From Tubiluchus corallicola (lineage: Eukaryota > Animalia > Priapulida): DNA of 60,225 nucleotides. Positions 1 through 13,567 of this stretch are shown piece after piece. The translations under genes and the position numbers were made by a program. The stretch is taken from assembly GCA_030141605.1 (NCBI GenBank), contig JAQGDQ010001133.1, forward strand, positions 1 to 60,225. Direction: 5' to 3'. The notes under the pieces are model-generated. The model was not told the origin of the DNA. It made no database searches and saw only the letters and a list, made by a program, of their open reading frames with translations. How positions within the stretch are numbered: the first letter of the stretch is position 1; each line of letters opens with the position of its first letter.

Positions 1-178
<178 letters not shown>

Positions 179-211
179 ACTTAGAGTAATACCCATTTTT
201 CTCGATTACAG

Positions 212-265
212 GATGATACTTCAGGCAACTATAAAACGTTTCTGCTGCGTTTAATCACTGAATGA
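212..265 (+). CDS. Annexin terminal coding exon (exon 8 equivalent); rest of the gene presumably lies before the window
   Basis: Acceptor cccatttttctcgattacag, then DDTSGNYKTFLLRLITE*. Matches the last exons of copies A/B/C (SDTSGNYLTFLMCLITQQ*, DDTSGNYGDLLFNLVK*) and their acceptor context. AATAAA at 444-449. Confidence 0.88.
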   Translation, partial: DDTSGNYKTFLLRLITE

Positions 266-941
266 GAATGATACAATGTGATGACATCAGTAGTACTCGT
301 TGAAGTTACGACGTACAAAAAAGATGACTTTACTACAAATTTTATGAAACAGCCTAAAAGACTAAAATATTAAACACGAAATTCGTATTTCTGTTGTTTA
401 TGTTGTTTCAAAACTGTTCGTAATGTAAATCAAAAATGAAGAAAATAAATTATTTTGCATAATCTTGCTTATAGCTCGGTGTGGCACGTTAAGTTAGCAC
501 GTCATCAGCTGATGTTCGATCGGCTGACTCAGCAGTAAAGATGTAATGATTAATATTTATGCTCAGAAGCTCATGGCGCATTAAGTCGTTAAACAAGAGG
601 ATTTCGTGGCCCGCACCTCGGGCAGATGAGGAACTGACTTGAAAGAGTGGGCTGGCATTACTATCCTTACTATATCTTTTGTATACCATGCCGTGTTAGA
701 TCTTTAATAAATATGTAGTTTATTAAATAAAGTCTTGATAGTTTGCCATGCCCATCGCGGCTGTTTAGCACGCAATCTTCACGACAAACAACAACAACCA
801 GTAAGCAGCTATAACCATTATAATAAACAGACTAACTCATCAGAAGCAGCAATTATTTTACTCTAGCTGTGTTTTGGTCGCTTTGTCTGTGCGCCCTCAT
901 TGAAAACAGCGAATTGCAAAACGTGTTTCATCCAAGGTCAG

Positions 942-1290
942 TGGCTGCTCGTGTATTAGTACCGTGGCACTGCAGCACACCCTGTTTTAACTCAGTATTA
1001 TCGGTAACATTCAATGTAATAATCTTTTTCTTTAGTTGTTTCTTTATACTTGTGCAGAACCGGAGCTCGTGAGGAAAGTGCAATTTGCTTCACAGCCAAA
1101 GCATGTGCTGTTTGGCTGCTCGTGTATTGGTACCGTGGCACTGCAGCACACCCTGTTTTAACTCAGTATTATCGGTAACATTCATGGTAATAATCTTTTT
1201 CTTTTGTTCTTTCTTTATACTTGTGCAGAACCGGAGCTCGTGAGGAAAGTGCAATTTGCTTCACAGCCAAAGCATGTGGTGTTTGCTGCT
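942..1290. repeat. Tandem duplication, ~171-bp unit, 2 copies
   Basis: tggctgctcgtgtatt...gcatgtg starts at 942 and again at 1113 with few mismatches. Confidence 0.92.
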
Positions 1291-1330
1291 CTGCGCACAT
1301 GTCTGAGATCAAACGCTGTACTTTAGCTAG

Positions 1331-1332
<2 letters not shown>

Positions 1333-1361
<29 letters not shown>

Positions 1362-1412
1362 ATTCCCATTACGTCTATTGTAGACATTGGGCAGGCAGAA
1401 TTCTAAAATAAA
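1333..1412 (-). mobile_element. Retroposon (SINE/LINE) 3' end with (ATG)n tail
   Basis: Reverse complement of 8386-8449 (TTTATTTTAGAATTCTG...CCCAATGTCTACAATAGAC.TA.TGGGA followed by ATG repeats). Confidence 0.6.
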
Positions 1413-1901
1413 AGAAATCTGCCATTAAGACAGTGCTGTCGCTAACTGCAGTAACTCGTGTCTCTGTATCGGCATATTCTTGACAATTTAGACAATTCCT
1501 AAGAAAACAATATTTTTTGTTTATTAGTTTATCAAGGTTATGTATTTGTTTGTTTAAAATTACCACTACAACATTAGAATTAAATATGTTTGTTTTGTTT
1601 TACACAGTATTAAAACTATGGCTAAAAATTTCAATTTTGTAGCATCACCACCACCTCTAATTTTAGCTACGAACCGCCACTGGCCCAGATTTCAAGTTTC
1701 AGTTGTGCGATTTTTACTTGCACTTGTCAACGCACTCTCATTGCAAATATTTTATTACAAAACAGGCGTTTCAGCTGTGTGATAGAATTTAGATATCTGC
1801 AGATTTTGCAATGTACTGTTGCAACTGAAGGTTGCATGTCTGACGCATAAGCCTATCATATTTCTGTCAGAAAAAATCGTGTTTGTAAGAGACGATTATT
1901 G

Positions 1902-3070
1902 GCCGTGTGTACACTGTGGTACAGTACATCCAGTTTCAATACTTTATGAGAGCGTGTTTAGGGTATTCGCCGTATGTACGCTGTCGTACAGTACATCCAG
2001 TTTAAATACTTTATGAGAGCGTGTTTAGGGTATTCGCCGTGTGTACACTGTGGTACAGTACATCCAGTTTAAATACTTTATGAGAGCGTGTTTAGGGTAT
2101 TCGCCGTATGTACGCTGTCGTACAGTACATCCAGTTTAAATACTTTATGAGAGCGTGTTTAGGGTATTCGCCGTGTGTACACTGTGGTACAGTACTTCCA
2201 GTTTAAATACTTTATGAGAGCGTGTTTAGGGTATTCGCCGTGTGTACACTGTCGTACAGTGCTTCCAGTTTAAATACTTTATGAGAGCATGTTTAGGGTA
2301 TTCGCCGTGTGTGCACTGTGGTACAGTACTTCCAGTTTAAATACTCCATGAGAGCGTGTTTAGGGTATTCGCCGTGTGTACACTGTTGTACGGTACTTCC
2401 AGTTTAAATACTCCATGAGAGCGTGTTTAGGGTATTCGCAATACGTACACTGTCGTACAGTACTTCCAGTTTAAATACTTTATGAGAGCATGTTTAGGGT
2501 ATTCGCCGTGTGTACACTGTGGTACAGTGCTTCAAGTTTAAATACTTAATGAGAGCGTGTTTAGGGTATTCGCAATGCGTACACTGTCGTACAGTACTTC
2601 CAGTTTAAATACTTTATGAGAGCGTGTTTAGGGTATTCGCCGTGTGTACGCTGTGGTACAATACTGCCAGTTTAAATACTTTATGAGAGCGTGTTTAGGG
2701 TATTCGCCGTATGTACACTGTTGTACAGTACTTCCAGTTTAAATACTTTATGAGAGCGTGTTTAGGGTATTCGCCGTATGTACACTGTTGTACAGTACTT
2801 CCAGTTTAAATACTTTATGAGAGCGTGTTTAGGGTATTCGCCGTATGTACACTGTTGTACAGTACTTTCAGTTTAAATACTTTATGAGAGCGTGTTTAGG
2901 GTATTCGCCGTGTGTACACTGTGGTACAGTACTTCCAGTTTAAATACTTTATGAGAGCGTGTTTAGGGTATTCGCCGTCTGTACACTGTCATACAGTGCT
3001 TCCAGTTTATATACTTTATGAGAGCGTGTTTAGGGTATTCGCCGTCTGTACACTGTGGTACAGTACTTCC
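1902..3070. repeat. 67-bp minisatellite, ~17 copies
   Basis: Unit gccgtgtgtacactgtggtacagtacttccagtttaaatactttatgagagcgtgtttagggtattc repeated head to tail without spacers. Confidence 0.97.
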
Positions 3071-3449
3071 TCCAGTTTCACGCATAACTTTTATCGATTT
3101 TCTGATTGTCTAAAACCATTTATCGGTGGCGAGTTTAGTTACTAATGATTATTATAAAGGAATACGCTTCATGGTAATAATAATAGCATCCCGTCTGTGA
3201 TTCACACAGTAACATCAATTGAAATTCGTTACATAATATTGAAAAACCTGCTAAATTCGGAATGTGTTTTTAACATTGCTTTATGTTTGCTTATATTTGT
3301 TCTTCAAACGGATATCGCATTTATTACTAAACTAAATTTTCAATACAGTAAAGAAAACGAATTCATAAAAATAGGTAAACTACATAATAGAGAAAAAACA
3401 ACTTATACATATTGTGTTATGCAAACAAGTAGAGGTGTCATGTGACGTT

Positions 3450-6400
3450 TCAGTGATGTGGGAATTTATCCTTTTCAGCTTTAGCTTGTGTTTCTTCAAT
3501 CCAGTCCAGGTGGGGACCAATTTTTGTAGCAAGTGTGTGTATATTCTCCTTTTTTGTTGAGTTTTGAGAACCGATCATTATTCCTATTACTTCTTTCGTG
3601 TACGGAAAGATAATTGGACCACCAGCGTCTCCCTAAACAACAAGTAGTAATTAGGTACATACTCTCATATAACGAACCCACGAGCATACACACGCATGAA
3701 TGGTGAAACTAAATAGCTCAACTTAAAGAAAGGTACCAAAAGCTGAAATTAAAGTTTGGAACAATCTCTGAATACAGCACGTACAATTCGCAATACGTTA
3801 GGAGATTACAACCCGTTTAGACAAGACGAGGCGTTTAGGAAGCTATGCGTGGTAATTCACTCAAATAAATTTGCACCCACATTGAACACGGGCACAGAAA
3901 GTGTATCCTTCATGAACGACCCACATTGAACACGGGCACAGAAAGTGTATCCCTCGTGAACGACAGGATGATTTTTCGCATAATAACTCATTTTCAAGTC
4001 CGATAAAAAGTAAATATTTTAAGAAGGAGTCCGCGAGAGCACCATGCAGAGGGTGACACATGAGGGGTGACTATTGATGACCAACTATTGATGACACCAT
4101 AATTTCCAGTAGCAAACATATTTCACCAGCGCATTGCAGTAAGGTGCTGCTGTAATATGTTCAGCAAGTTTTAAGACAAAAATTTAAACTTTAACACGTT
4201 TAACGTGCGTAGTTCGTCACAAACTAATACATCTGACTTGAGAGGCACACCACTTTTATTATTTAATTTTAATACTGATAAATGGAGCAGATAATCTCTT
4301 ACTATCAAAGTTTTAGTTCTTAGTTCACCATTGCGAACATCTGACTATATAAATAAACCTAAACTAAAAAAACACACACTTATCCATACTTACAGCGCCT
4401 GGGTAAACACCAGGGCTATACATGCAGAGCCAGTATCTTCTGTCAATTTGTTTGCAAACCTTTGTTGAACCGGAAACTCGAATCGATCCCTTGCGTAAGT
4501 CATTGATGGACTTGGAATTATCCCATGCCTTTTCTGCACCACAAAACGCAAACTTTGAACAATATTATACTAAAATGATAAAATGGTAACAAATGATTGT
4601 AAACTCATTATCTTGTGTTGTCTTTATCTCAATAACTGCTGAATAAAAACATTTTATGTCGGCTGCTGAATATTAAATGTCGGCGTTTCGTTGGACATGT
4701 TTAGCAGAAAGACTAAGGTTTGCCCTGCGTCCGCACAGACACGCACAGACACAGACTTTTCTGTCTGGACGTTTTACGTCTGCAAAAGCTGTTTCCACTG
4801 CAGCTTCTGTACTCATCCCATACTATATGTAATAAAGGCGGGAATTTTTTCCAGAAATTCTTGGCATGAGACTTTCTAGAAGAAATGAGACATTATTTTG
4901 CTGTGGTGGTTAGAGAAAAAGGCAAGTAGGCGATACAGGAAGTTTTTGGATTGACCGAGTTTTTGAAAACCATGAACACCAAGACGAATTGTAACAAGTC
5001 GTAACGGATGAAGAAAAGTGCCCAAGTTGTTGGAGAATACAACCTGCAGCCTTCCGAATTTTATTCGAAATGTTCGGCAGTGTATTTCTTCTGCCAGCAC
5101 GTTGGTCACGTGATGTTACGTCAGGGTAAATGCAGCCAACAACGAATTGCGAATTAACTTACCTTAGCATGAAATTGTTATTTAAATTTTGATAATAATT
5201 ATTATTATTAGATATATACCATGCATACATGTTGATATCTAATTGTAATTGTTAATGAGAATTGCAATAAAAATTTAGGTAGCGCACAGAGATTTCATGA
5301 ATTACTCTATTTTTACTGTTGGTTCAGTGCCCTGGGAGCAGGAAAGTACTGGTCTACTTTAACTTGGTTATTTTTCATTTATTTTGCTAGAGAAGCCAAA
5401 TTGTCGTAGTTTCAATGAAATCTCGTGCAAAACTTTATTTTGCACACCCATATATTGCATATTTACAAAATTCTTTCCAGCATTTCAGTGAATACAAAGG
5501 TATAAAATTTCAGTATTCGTAATTAAAAATATAATAGTTAAATGTATATTAACATAATGAATAAGATAAGGAATAATTTATTTAGAGACATACGCGGGTC
5601 AATTTCACCCCATCCTACAAAAGTAACCCTCTGATTGACGTAATCAAGATACGGACAGCGTGCTAGTTTAGCAGGTTGAATATCGTCATCAAACTCAACT
5701 TTGGTATCTATTCGCACAAGACCAATATCAATATTCTTATTAGGGTATAGTGTGGTAACGGTTCCATTCTGTGGCTTATAATTAGGATGTTTCTTGGTCC
5801 AATACACCTAAAAGAATAGCAGAGAGTATTAATTCTAGCGTACATGTTCCAAGCAGCATGATTTACAATGGTGAATGCAAAATACAAGGGTAACAATGTA
5901 AAATTGAAACATACCCAACGTTTCTCCTTTGGCTGATCTAGTTTGTTGCTTCCAAAGTGTATTGTACTATCAGTCCCAGTCTCTATTCTGTGTAATAAAC
6001 ACACATTGAATTTAATAAATCGATGCATAATTGCACAAGAATTCATTCCTAGACGTCAGGGCAAAAGGTGCTTTCTAATATAACACTGAAAGCCAGTAAT
6101 CAGCCTTTCATGGTAAAACAATTTTAAGCAAGGAAAATAATCATAAGAAGAATCAAATCTAGAATTGTTAGATTGCTTATAATTATACCAACACAGAAAA
6201 TAAATATATGCATAGACATTAGATGAGAGAAAGTGATTTTCCTGACAGTTACATAATTTGTACTAATAATGTTGTAAAACTAGTTGTTCGATACTGGGGA
6301 TACTTCCCCAGGGCCTCACCCTTCAGGGGGGGGGGGGGGGTGCTCGCGCCAAGGTAAATTTTTTTTGCTTTATGCGAACATACTGCCTCCTCTCTCTCTC

Positions 6401-9400
6401 TCTCTCTCTCTTGCCGCACGCGTGCCGTTTGCCAGTATTGACAAGTATTAAGGACTGGTCTTGAGAATAAAGCAAGTTTTCTTTTAATTGTTCTTTCCTT
6501 TAACAACTGTATAACTCCATATTTTCTCTTCGAAAATGCTTCTCCGGCGTTCTAGCAGTTCAAAAATTTTTTGGGCGTCAACCATGGTAGCGGCCGCCCC
6601 ACCCGATGGGGCCTCACACGCCCCACTTGCCCGGGCCCCGCCTAGACTGAAATAGGCCCTGGTTGTTCGTTTGTTGCAGTCTCTTTTTTGTCGAAGTATA
6701 GAAATGTTAAACTCGTAGATCAGGTGCAATCACTTTACTGAAGTACGAAATATCCATAATAATAACGTAAAGGAGTGAACAGCTAAAGCAAGAGCATTAC
6801 ACGCAGATAAAACAAAACTGTCAACAACTAGTCACAAGTCACAAATCTTAACTCTAACTAACTCCTGCAGCGTTCTGACGATGTTAACATTCACATTTCC
6901 TGAGTTATTATTGGAAGGTCTAGTTTTACGTCTAACCTCAATTCTACAACATGAGTAATATTTCATGTTTGGTATTATCTCTTTGGATTACAGCGTTAAT
7001 TGTAAGCGCCCAAACGCCCATCAGCGCATAAGGAAAAGTTTTGTACTTATCGTTTAATGTGTAAAGAGTTACTTATGGCTCATAATCGTTAAGACACTAA
7101 ATCCCTGATCGAACTTGATATATTCACACTGTAAGGTTCACTGCAGGAGTCAGCTTGATAACTCGAGGGACAAAGATCTATGCTCACAACGCAATATTTC
7201 GTGGTTACAGTTGTGTGGGACATTATCATAGCCCTATCAACTGAACCTAAGCTCTCGGAGTCAGGCAATTGAACGAGTGCCAAAATAAGTTGCCTTTAAG
7301 CAATCAGTGGTGTGAGTAATACATTCGATTAATTGAAAAGTTAATCAAGGTTGTTTGTATAGAATAAACAAGCGACATCTAGTTTTGCGCCTAACCTCAA
7401 TTCTATTCTTAGTAATGTCTTCTACTGACTTGCTTCATCTGCTGAATTGTTAGTCAATGGTCAGCAACTATTCTTAGTATATTTACTTCACAACAGTTAG
7501 CTTAACACTGATTGGTTGCTTGCATGACAGTGACGGTTATCTGTCAAGCATCGTTACGCCATCTAGCTCCGCCCACGAAGGACCGTTATGTGTCAATCAC
7601 TGTGAAGTCATTTTGCTCTGCTTAATGGTCAGCATCGACTCGCCGTTGGTCAGTAGCATTGCATGATTCCCATATGAGCTGAAGCAATGTAATCTGATCT
7701 AGAAGTGTGCTTATGGGAATGCGGAAGTGTCTACATATTTGTGGTAACATCATATTGCATACGGACAGTGTTTTATATTTCTAACTTGTAAAACCATTAA
7801 TTCAGCAATATAAATTTTATGAGAATCAACAAATTTAAAATATTTAAAAAAATTTAATAAATCTGAACATTTAGCAATTATTAATCATATTACTGACCAA
7901 ACGTAATCAATGCTTCGGTCACTAATCTCATAATGTGCTTATTGCAACTATATAATACCCATCGAAAGAGTAATAATGACAAACTGTTATCGATGATAAA
8001 ACTAATAGTAGTCTAAGCAGCAATAAAAGTGTGTAGTATATTACGATAACAAATGAGATTCTTTGAAAATACATAAATTAAAATTCTATAAATTTTATAA
8101 CTCAAGACCGGAATAGTAAAAATTAGCAAGACGATGAAGATCCAGTAAAAACAGCATGACTACACAAACTTAAAAAAACTAGATAAAAGCAAAACCTATT
8201 AACATTGCGGATTGATGACATACAGTTAGAAAAGGCGCAGAACAAAAAAAAACTCATACATTTTAGCTGTGGAACCAGTAAAAGTTATCTAAGGGATGAC
8301 ACTGAAACCCCTGCTGTAGTAATATTTAGTTTCTTACTGGATTACTGCTGTGTTTACCTGTTTTGGGGGTGGGCGGTGGTGGAGATTTATTTTAGAATTC
8401 TGTCAGCCCAATGTCTACAATAGACCTATTGGGATGATGACGATGATGAAGGGATGACGTAAGGCAAAATTATTTCTGATACATTTCATTTTACTTACAC
8501 ATCAATGCAATGTGCAGCAGTCAAAACCCACTTGTCGTTGAGGAGTATTCCTCCACACATAAAATTTAGTGTGAAAATCTTTTGTCCGATGAGTACTCTT
8601 TTTTTCTTATGGAGTGAAACCTGTTTAACGAATATGTACGATTTTAGGTATCCTGTAATTTGTACGAAGAGCATATTCAAAAAGTGGACAAAAATAAGCC
8701 ATAGTCTTGGTATGTATCAGTTAGTAAAATCTAGTAACTATAATAATGGGAAAGATATGACGAGCAAATGTTAACCCTTTCATACCCCTGTATCCCGTGG
8801 GATACGAGAATATTTTCTGCCGTTAAAATTATTAAAATTTTAAAACTGACAGTTATTTGATCTGTTAATAGTTATTTTGATTCAAGCAAATAACAATAGA
8901 CTAAAAATGGTGATAAAATGGCAAACTAGAAAATCTACATAGCATAAAAAACTGCGCAAGGTACAGTACTTTAGAGACGACTTTGTACAGATCAGCATAG
9001 CATGCATACTAAATGTGTTAAATACTTTAAAAAATTATCAGCAGTTGCAAAATGAAGCACATTTTATGCTTCCATTGAATCCCAGTGTATCCCGTGGGAT
9101 ACAGGCTATATTTAGCACGCGGGCACAGGTAGAAAAAATAATTATTATGTGTAAACAAGATGGACATACTGAACAAAAGTACTAAGCCAATATAAATTTT
9201 CTTATTTAAAATAATTTGGGACTGAAAGGGTTAACAAACTATTCTTTCCTCGGAAATGTAAACTAATGACAGTGGTACTTAAAAATCAGACATTGGAAGA
9301 CAATAAGCGACGATTGGTGCAAATTTACATTATTTTGTTTGGAATAAAATATTTTTGACTAATAAATCTCTTTTCGCTAAAAATAATAAGCCTCTTTACC

Positions 9401-9823
9401 ATGTAAGGAAATTTTCTACCAACTACTTCTTCACCTCCAATAATTCTGGGTTCTGGTAGAAGTAATCCTGCAAGCAATGTAATATAATCGTATTGAATCA
9501 TATAAATCAGAAAATTAATCTTAATATCAGTAGAAGAATCAAAATTATAAATGTCAGACATTCAAAAGATCTTGCTGCTCGATGATTTAACTAAAGAAAA
9601 TGCATACGAAATGTCAAAACCTCAGGCAACATAATATATAGTTTTACTAACCATCATCAGCTGAACGTCTGACAATTCCATGATGAGGTATTGCTCTGTT
9701 GCTCGAGTTTAGTATTACTGTATCTTTCAAATTTTGGGAGACTTCATCTTTTGGCTGACGTATTTCATACCACGAACACATTATATAGAGCAAAATAGAT
9801 GTAATCGCTACTTTGTAAATCAT
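3450..9823 (-). CDS. Secreted trypsin-family (S1A) serine protease homologue, catalytic Ser replaced by Ala; 7 exons, 323 aa
   Basis: Exons (minus) 9652-9823, 9400-9467, 8499-8620, 5915-5987, 5594-5807, 4394-4533, 3450-3632, all GT-AG and in frame. Signal-like start MIYKVAITSILLYIMCS; activation site R|IIGG; CGGILLNDKWVLTAAHC; DIGLVRI; GWG; GDAGGP; C-terminal LDWI. Exon 1 is the least certain. Confidence 0.9.
3875..3964. repeat. 44-bp tandem duplication (intronic)
   Basis: acccacattgaacacgggcacagaaagtgtatcc..gaacg occurs at 3875 and 3919. Confidence 0.9.
6291..6661. mobile_element. hAT-like non-autonomous element (degenerate left end)
   Basis: GC-rich ends terminating in AGGCCCTG, with CAGGGCCT near the left end. 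Flanked by the 8-bp direct repeat GTTGTTCG (6283-6290 and 6662-6669). Confidence 0.55.
8386..8449 (+). mobile_element. Retroposon 3' end with (GAT)n tail, second copy
   Basis: Inverted copy of 1333-1412. Confidence 0.6.
8775..9230. mobile_element. piggyBac-type MITE
   Basis: TTAA|CCCTTTCA ... TGAAAGGG|TTAA. Two internal GTATCCCGTGGGATAC near-palindromes. Internal segment ~8963-9060 is shared with ~23029-23124. Confidence 0.85.
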
Positions 9824-10555
9824 TTCTACTTTTTACGCCTTCAAAGAAAACAATTATTTCTGTTAACCCAGTTGCTAAGCAACAGAACTAAATGTTCAGG
9901 TATGAGGTTTCCAAGGAAGGGTTTATGTCGAATTTTAATTGTGATGCAAACAAAACCAAGACAATTATCGTCAAAAGTGTTGAGGAGGTAAAGATAATCA
10001 GTAAAATAGAACCTAGAATTTCAGCAATAGAATTCATTTTCCCTTTCAGATTCTGTTAGCATAGTTTCAGGTGCAATGAACAAAGGTTAGCCAAAATCGG
10101 TGATTAACTCTTTTGAGACATGCAAGATGGCGCCTGCCTGTGCCAAAAATGTGTTATAAAGATTACCTGAAAAACAACATGTTATATATCTAGAAAACAA
10201 CACGTTACAACGTGAACAAATTCTTGATATAAAAGGCAATTTAGAATGAAAGTGGATTGAAAGTGCAAGTTATTAATCAGAGTATATTTTTATAAGCAGA
10301 CAAAAAAATATAAACTTGGGAATTGAACTTGTTGACTGTTGCTATGATGCTAACTTATCATTTGAACTCTAGCAAAAGTCTACATTTTTAATAAATAAAA
10401 TCTCACATTAAAAACCTATTGATGCTGCTGTCAAAAGGCAAGTCAAAACTCAAACGTGGCATAATGTTTTACTGTCTGCTATTACCAGGCGCAAAAGTAA
10501 CTTGTAACTTGTAACTCAGATTTTCAAGTCGTGTGTTTATTTTCTGTTTTTGCAT

Positions 10556-11020
10556 CAGGGGCGGAACTAGGGAGGAGAGAGAGGGGGTCGCCCCCTGTCA
10601 AAATTTGCGCCCCCCACTGCAAAATCGGACAAATATTTTTTTGCAGTGAAAATTGCAGTTCGCACACAATAAACTTGTTGTCGTAACAAAGCTGGTGTGA
10701 CTTTTTGAATTACGTATCGTTCCACATTTCATTTTGACATTATTTCCTGCGTATTATTTTCTTAAAACTTGTGTGTGATAAATTTCTGTAAATAACAATT
10801 TAGTTAGAGGCACATTAATAACGTTAGGTTAACTGAGAGTTAATTTTCTTATTATTGCTCTGTCCGCTATGCCGTCCTACACACGCTAATTATAGGCCTG
10901 CAGGCAGTGTAAAAGGGGTTAAAATTGGCGTAACCATTATTTAACCACTTCGGATACCTCGCCCTCCCAGAAAATATTTGCGCCCCTCCCCCCTGCTTGC
11001 CACATCTAGTTCCGCCCCTG
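10556..11020. mobile_element. hAT-superfamily MITE
   Basis: Perfect 15-bp TIR CAGGGGCGGAACTAG/CTAGTTCCGCCCCTG and 8-bp TSD TTTTGCAT on both sides. Confidence 0.92.
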
Positions 11021-12173
11021 TTTTGCATGTCACGCAGGAGGGATTTAGATGAAAATACATTATTCTCGCGAACGCTTTACTAGTTTCATAATATTAATTT
11101 ACTAAAACTATTAGCAGAGTCTAACAAGTGTGGCACCAGCACTCTAAATGCTTTTAGACTTTAGACCATGCAAATGCAAGTGAGGAATCGAGTGAGAAAA
11201 TATATGGCGTTGGATTGATGGATTCACAGGCAAATGGAATCACTTCGTGTCACTCCAACGGTAATCATATTTCTGCACAGTGATCACCACCACGAAGTTC
11301 AAAAACTCTACTATGGCTAGACTCACCATCGCCCCGGTTGTTAAAAAAGTTAATCATTAAAATCCAAATCCATTCGTCTTTAACAAGTAAATCTGTTCTC
11401 TCTATCCATAGAAGGCTGAAACTTTGAAGAAAGAATAATTAAAATGACTGCCAATATCTATAAGGTCCATTTTAAAAGTGCACCATAGTTCCAACAAGTG
11501 CAAACATGGTGTATGTTAACTTTAAAATACGCAGTTAACGTTGAGCCTTATTGTTCTATCACTCCATTGTGACGTCAGCTAGGAAAATAGGACATCTGCT
11601 TACGTTGAACAACAACTAACCCTAACAAACAGCATGACAACTAATTATGTTGCATTTTTGGAATTGACGATTATTCAGAAAATGAATATGAACACTAATC
11701 AAAAATGGAAGAATAATGTAACTAGTAAGAAATCAACTGATTATTTTAGATTCATCTAGCTTGTTCATCATATTTATTCACAGTTTAGTTGGTATTTCAG
11801 GTAGCTTCTTTACATATAGGATGTTGTTAATATTACTGGAGTAATTAGTATATCGCTATATAGATGTTTAAACGTCGCAGCGAGTGTGCAAGACAGATAG
11901 TCACAATTTTGTGTATAAATAAAAGTTTATTAGTGTACTGGAAGAGATTTCGTTGCTAGAAAACTGAGCCAGTGACATGTCTCTGAACTGCTTTTAGAGT
12001 TGTGGGCGAGTTCGATGTAAAAAACGATGTAATGGTTTGAGAACTACTAGAACTTCACCATGACAGGCCAACTGATAGGCGAATAGTCCTGCAATAATGA
12101 GTAACTGAGATTATGAACAGAGAAATGACCTAAAATGAGTATAATTGTTTACTCCATGAAAGATCATTGACGC

Positions 12174-12181
12174 GAGAGAGA

Positions 12182-12276
<95 letters not shown>

Positions 12277-12277
12277 T

Positions 12278-12337
<60 letters not shown>
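12174..12337 (+). repeat. (GA)n microsatellite
   Basis: Direct inspection. Confidence 0.97.
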
Positions 12338-12340
<3 letters not shown>

Positions 12341-12870
12341 GTGGCTATTATACTAGTTATGCTGTGACGTCATTCATACTAAAACGTGCGTGAATACACA
12401 TACTTTTCGTTTATGATAATATCTTTTGAAAGTAGAAAGTTTTTGGAGAAAACGTAAAAAAAACGCCAAAATAAGTTTACCAATTGTTAATGTTGAACTA
12501 TTTTGGTGCCCATTGGGGTGGTGGCAATAATCGTTGTGATTTGCGGGAACAATGAGCCGACAAAGACCCAATTAGTAGTCAATCCACCTATTCTAGGAAA
12601 TAAGCTAGAAAAAGTTGTGAGTTTTGCCAGTCTGCTAAATCACCAGTATGTCTTGCAAGATTCTGCGCTGTTGTCTGCAGCAAATGCGAGAACAATCACC
12701 TAGATGAGAACAATAGGCGAAATTCTGTCAGTGACTTAACATGTATTTCCTTAGACAGTAGGACTACAGTTACTTCGGACACTAGTTTATACTTCACTGA
12801 AACAGAAAACAAAGAAAGCAGTGCAAGCCCGAAGGCAAAATTATGGCTCATTAAAACTGCAGCCATCAAT

Positions 12871-13520
12871 TTGATTAAATTATGCAACGACAGAAATCAA
12901 ATAACTGAGGTCCTGAATATTCTGTCCGGAAAGCAAACTGTCTGTCAGTTCGACTTCGAAACTAGAATTAGCCAGTTGAGTGATAAACTTGAAGCTCTAG
13001 ACTATAAAATGAGCTGCAGCTCAAAACCATTGTGGAGTGATAGAGTATCGATGCCTAGAGCCGAGAATAGTGCCAAGCTGTCAATAGAAAACAAGTCTGA
13101 CGACAAAATGAAATTAACCCAAACCATTTATGATCCGTCTCGTACTGTAATAATCAGCAATGTAAAAATAAAGAAGTTGCTAAATCAAACTTCTCCATCA
13201 AAGAACAATTATCCCACCACTTTCCTCTAACGCAGTTTGACAACATCAGAAAGACAGCTAAAGGTATGATACAAGTGCAACTTAAGCACAAAGATGAAGC
13301 AAAGTTAATGATAGATAACTGGCTGCCTTCGTACCTGGGCATAAAGCCTCTACAAAATACCATTGGCTTACTACGAGACTGCGACCTAAGCTTGACCGAT
13401 GATGAACTATTAGATGAGATTAGAAAACATTACGTTGACGTAAAAGTGGACAGATTCAAGAAAAGGATGGAACGGTGCTTCTCCTAGGTAAAGTATATTT
13501 TAATTCAGCTGATGATTTAG
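12871..13520 (+). mobile_element. Degenerate non-LTR retrotransposon ORF1 (gag-like) fragment
   Basis: Frameshifted intronless ORFs: coiled-coil-like FETRISQLSDKLEALD, KPLWSD, RTVIISNV, GMIQVQLKHKDEAK, GLLRDCDLSLTDDELLDEI. Recognised by eye as LINE ORF1-like. Confidence 0.6.
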
Positions 13521-13567
13521 AAACAGATGATGATGAAGATGTTATCCATGAGAGAGTCTAATAAAAC

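Noticed and set aside
1221-1406. ORF with a poly-His run
   Set aside because: Translation of a (CAT)n retroposon tail plus a local tandem duplication.
1902-3070. CRISPR-like appearance of the tandem arrays (also 45536-46328 and 55262-57710)
   Set aside because: Units are contiguous and near-identical with no unique spacers; no cas genes; eukaryotic context.
4640-5140. Possible Harbinger-like remnant in a protease intron
   Set aside because: Only a vague resemblance; no TIR/TSD pair could be defined.
6919-7405. 28-bp direct repeat (tctagtttt.cg.ctaacctcaattcta) suggesting LTRs
   Set aside because: Too short, with no TG..CA ends, TSD or coding remnant.
12167-12367. ERERER ORF, and the SLSLSL ORFs at 14331, 15888, 22428, 24976-25264 and 35591
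   Set aside because: Translations of GA/TC microsatellites.
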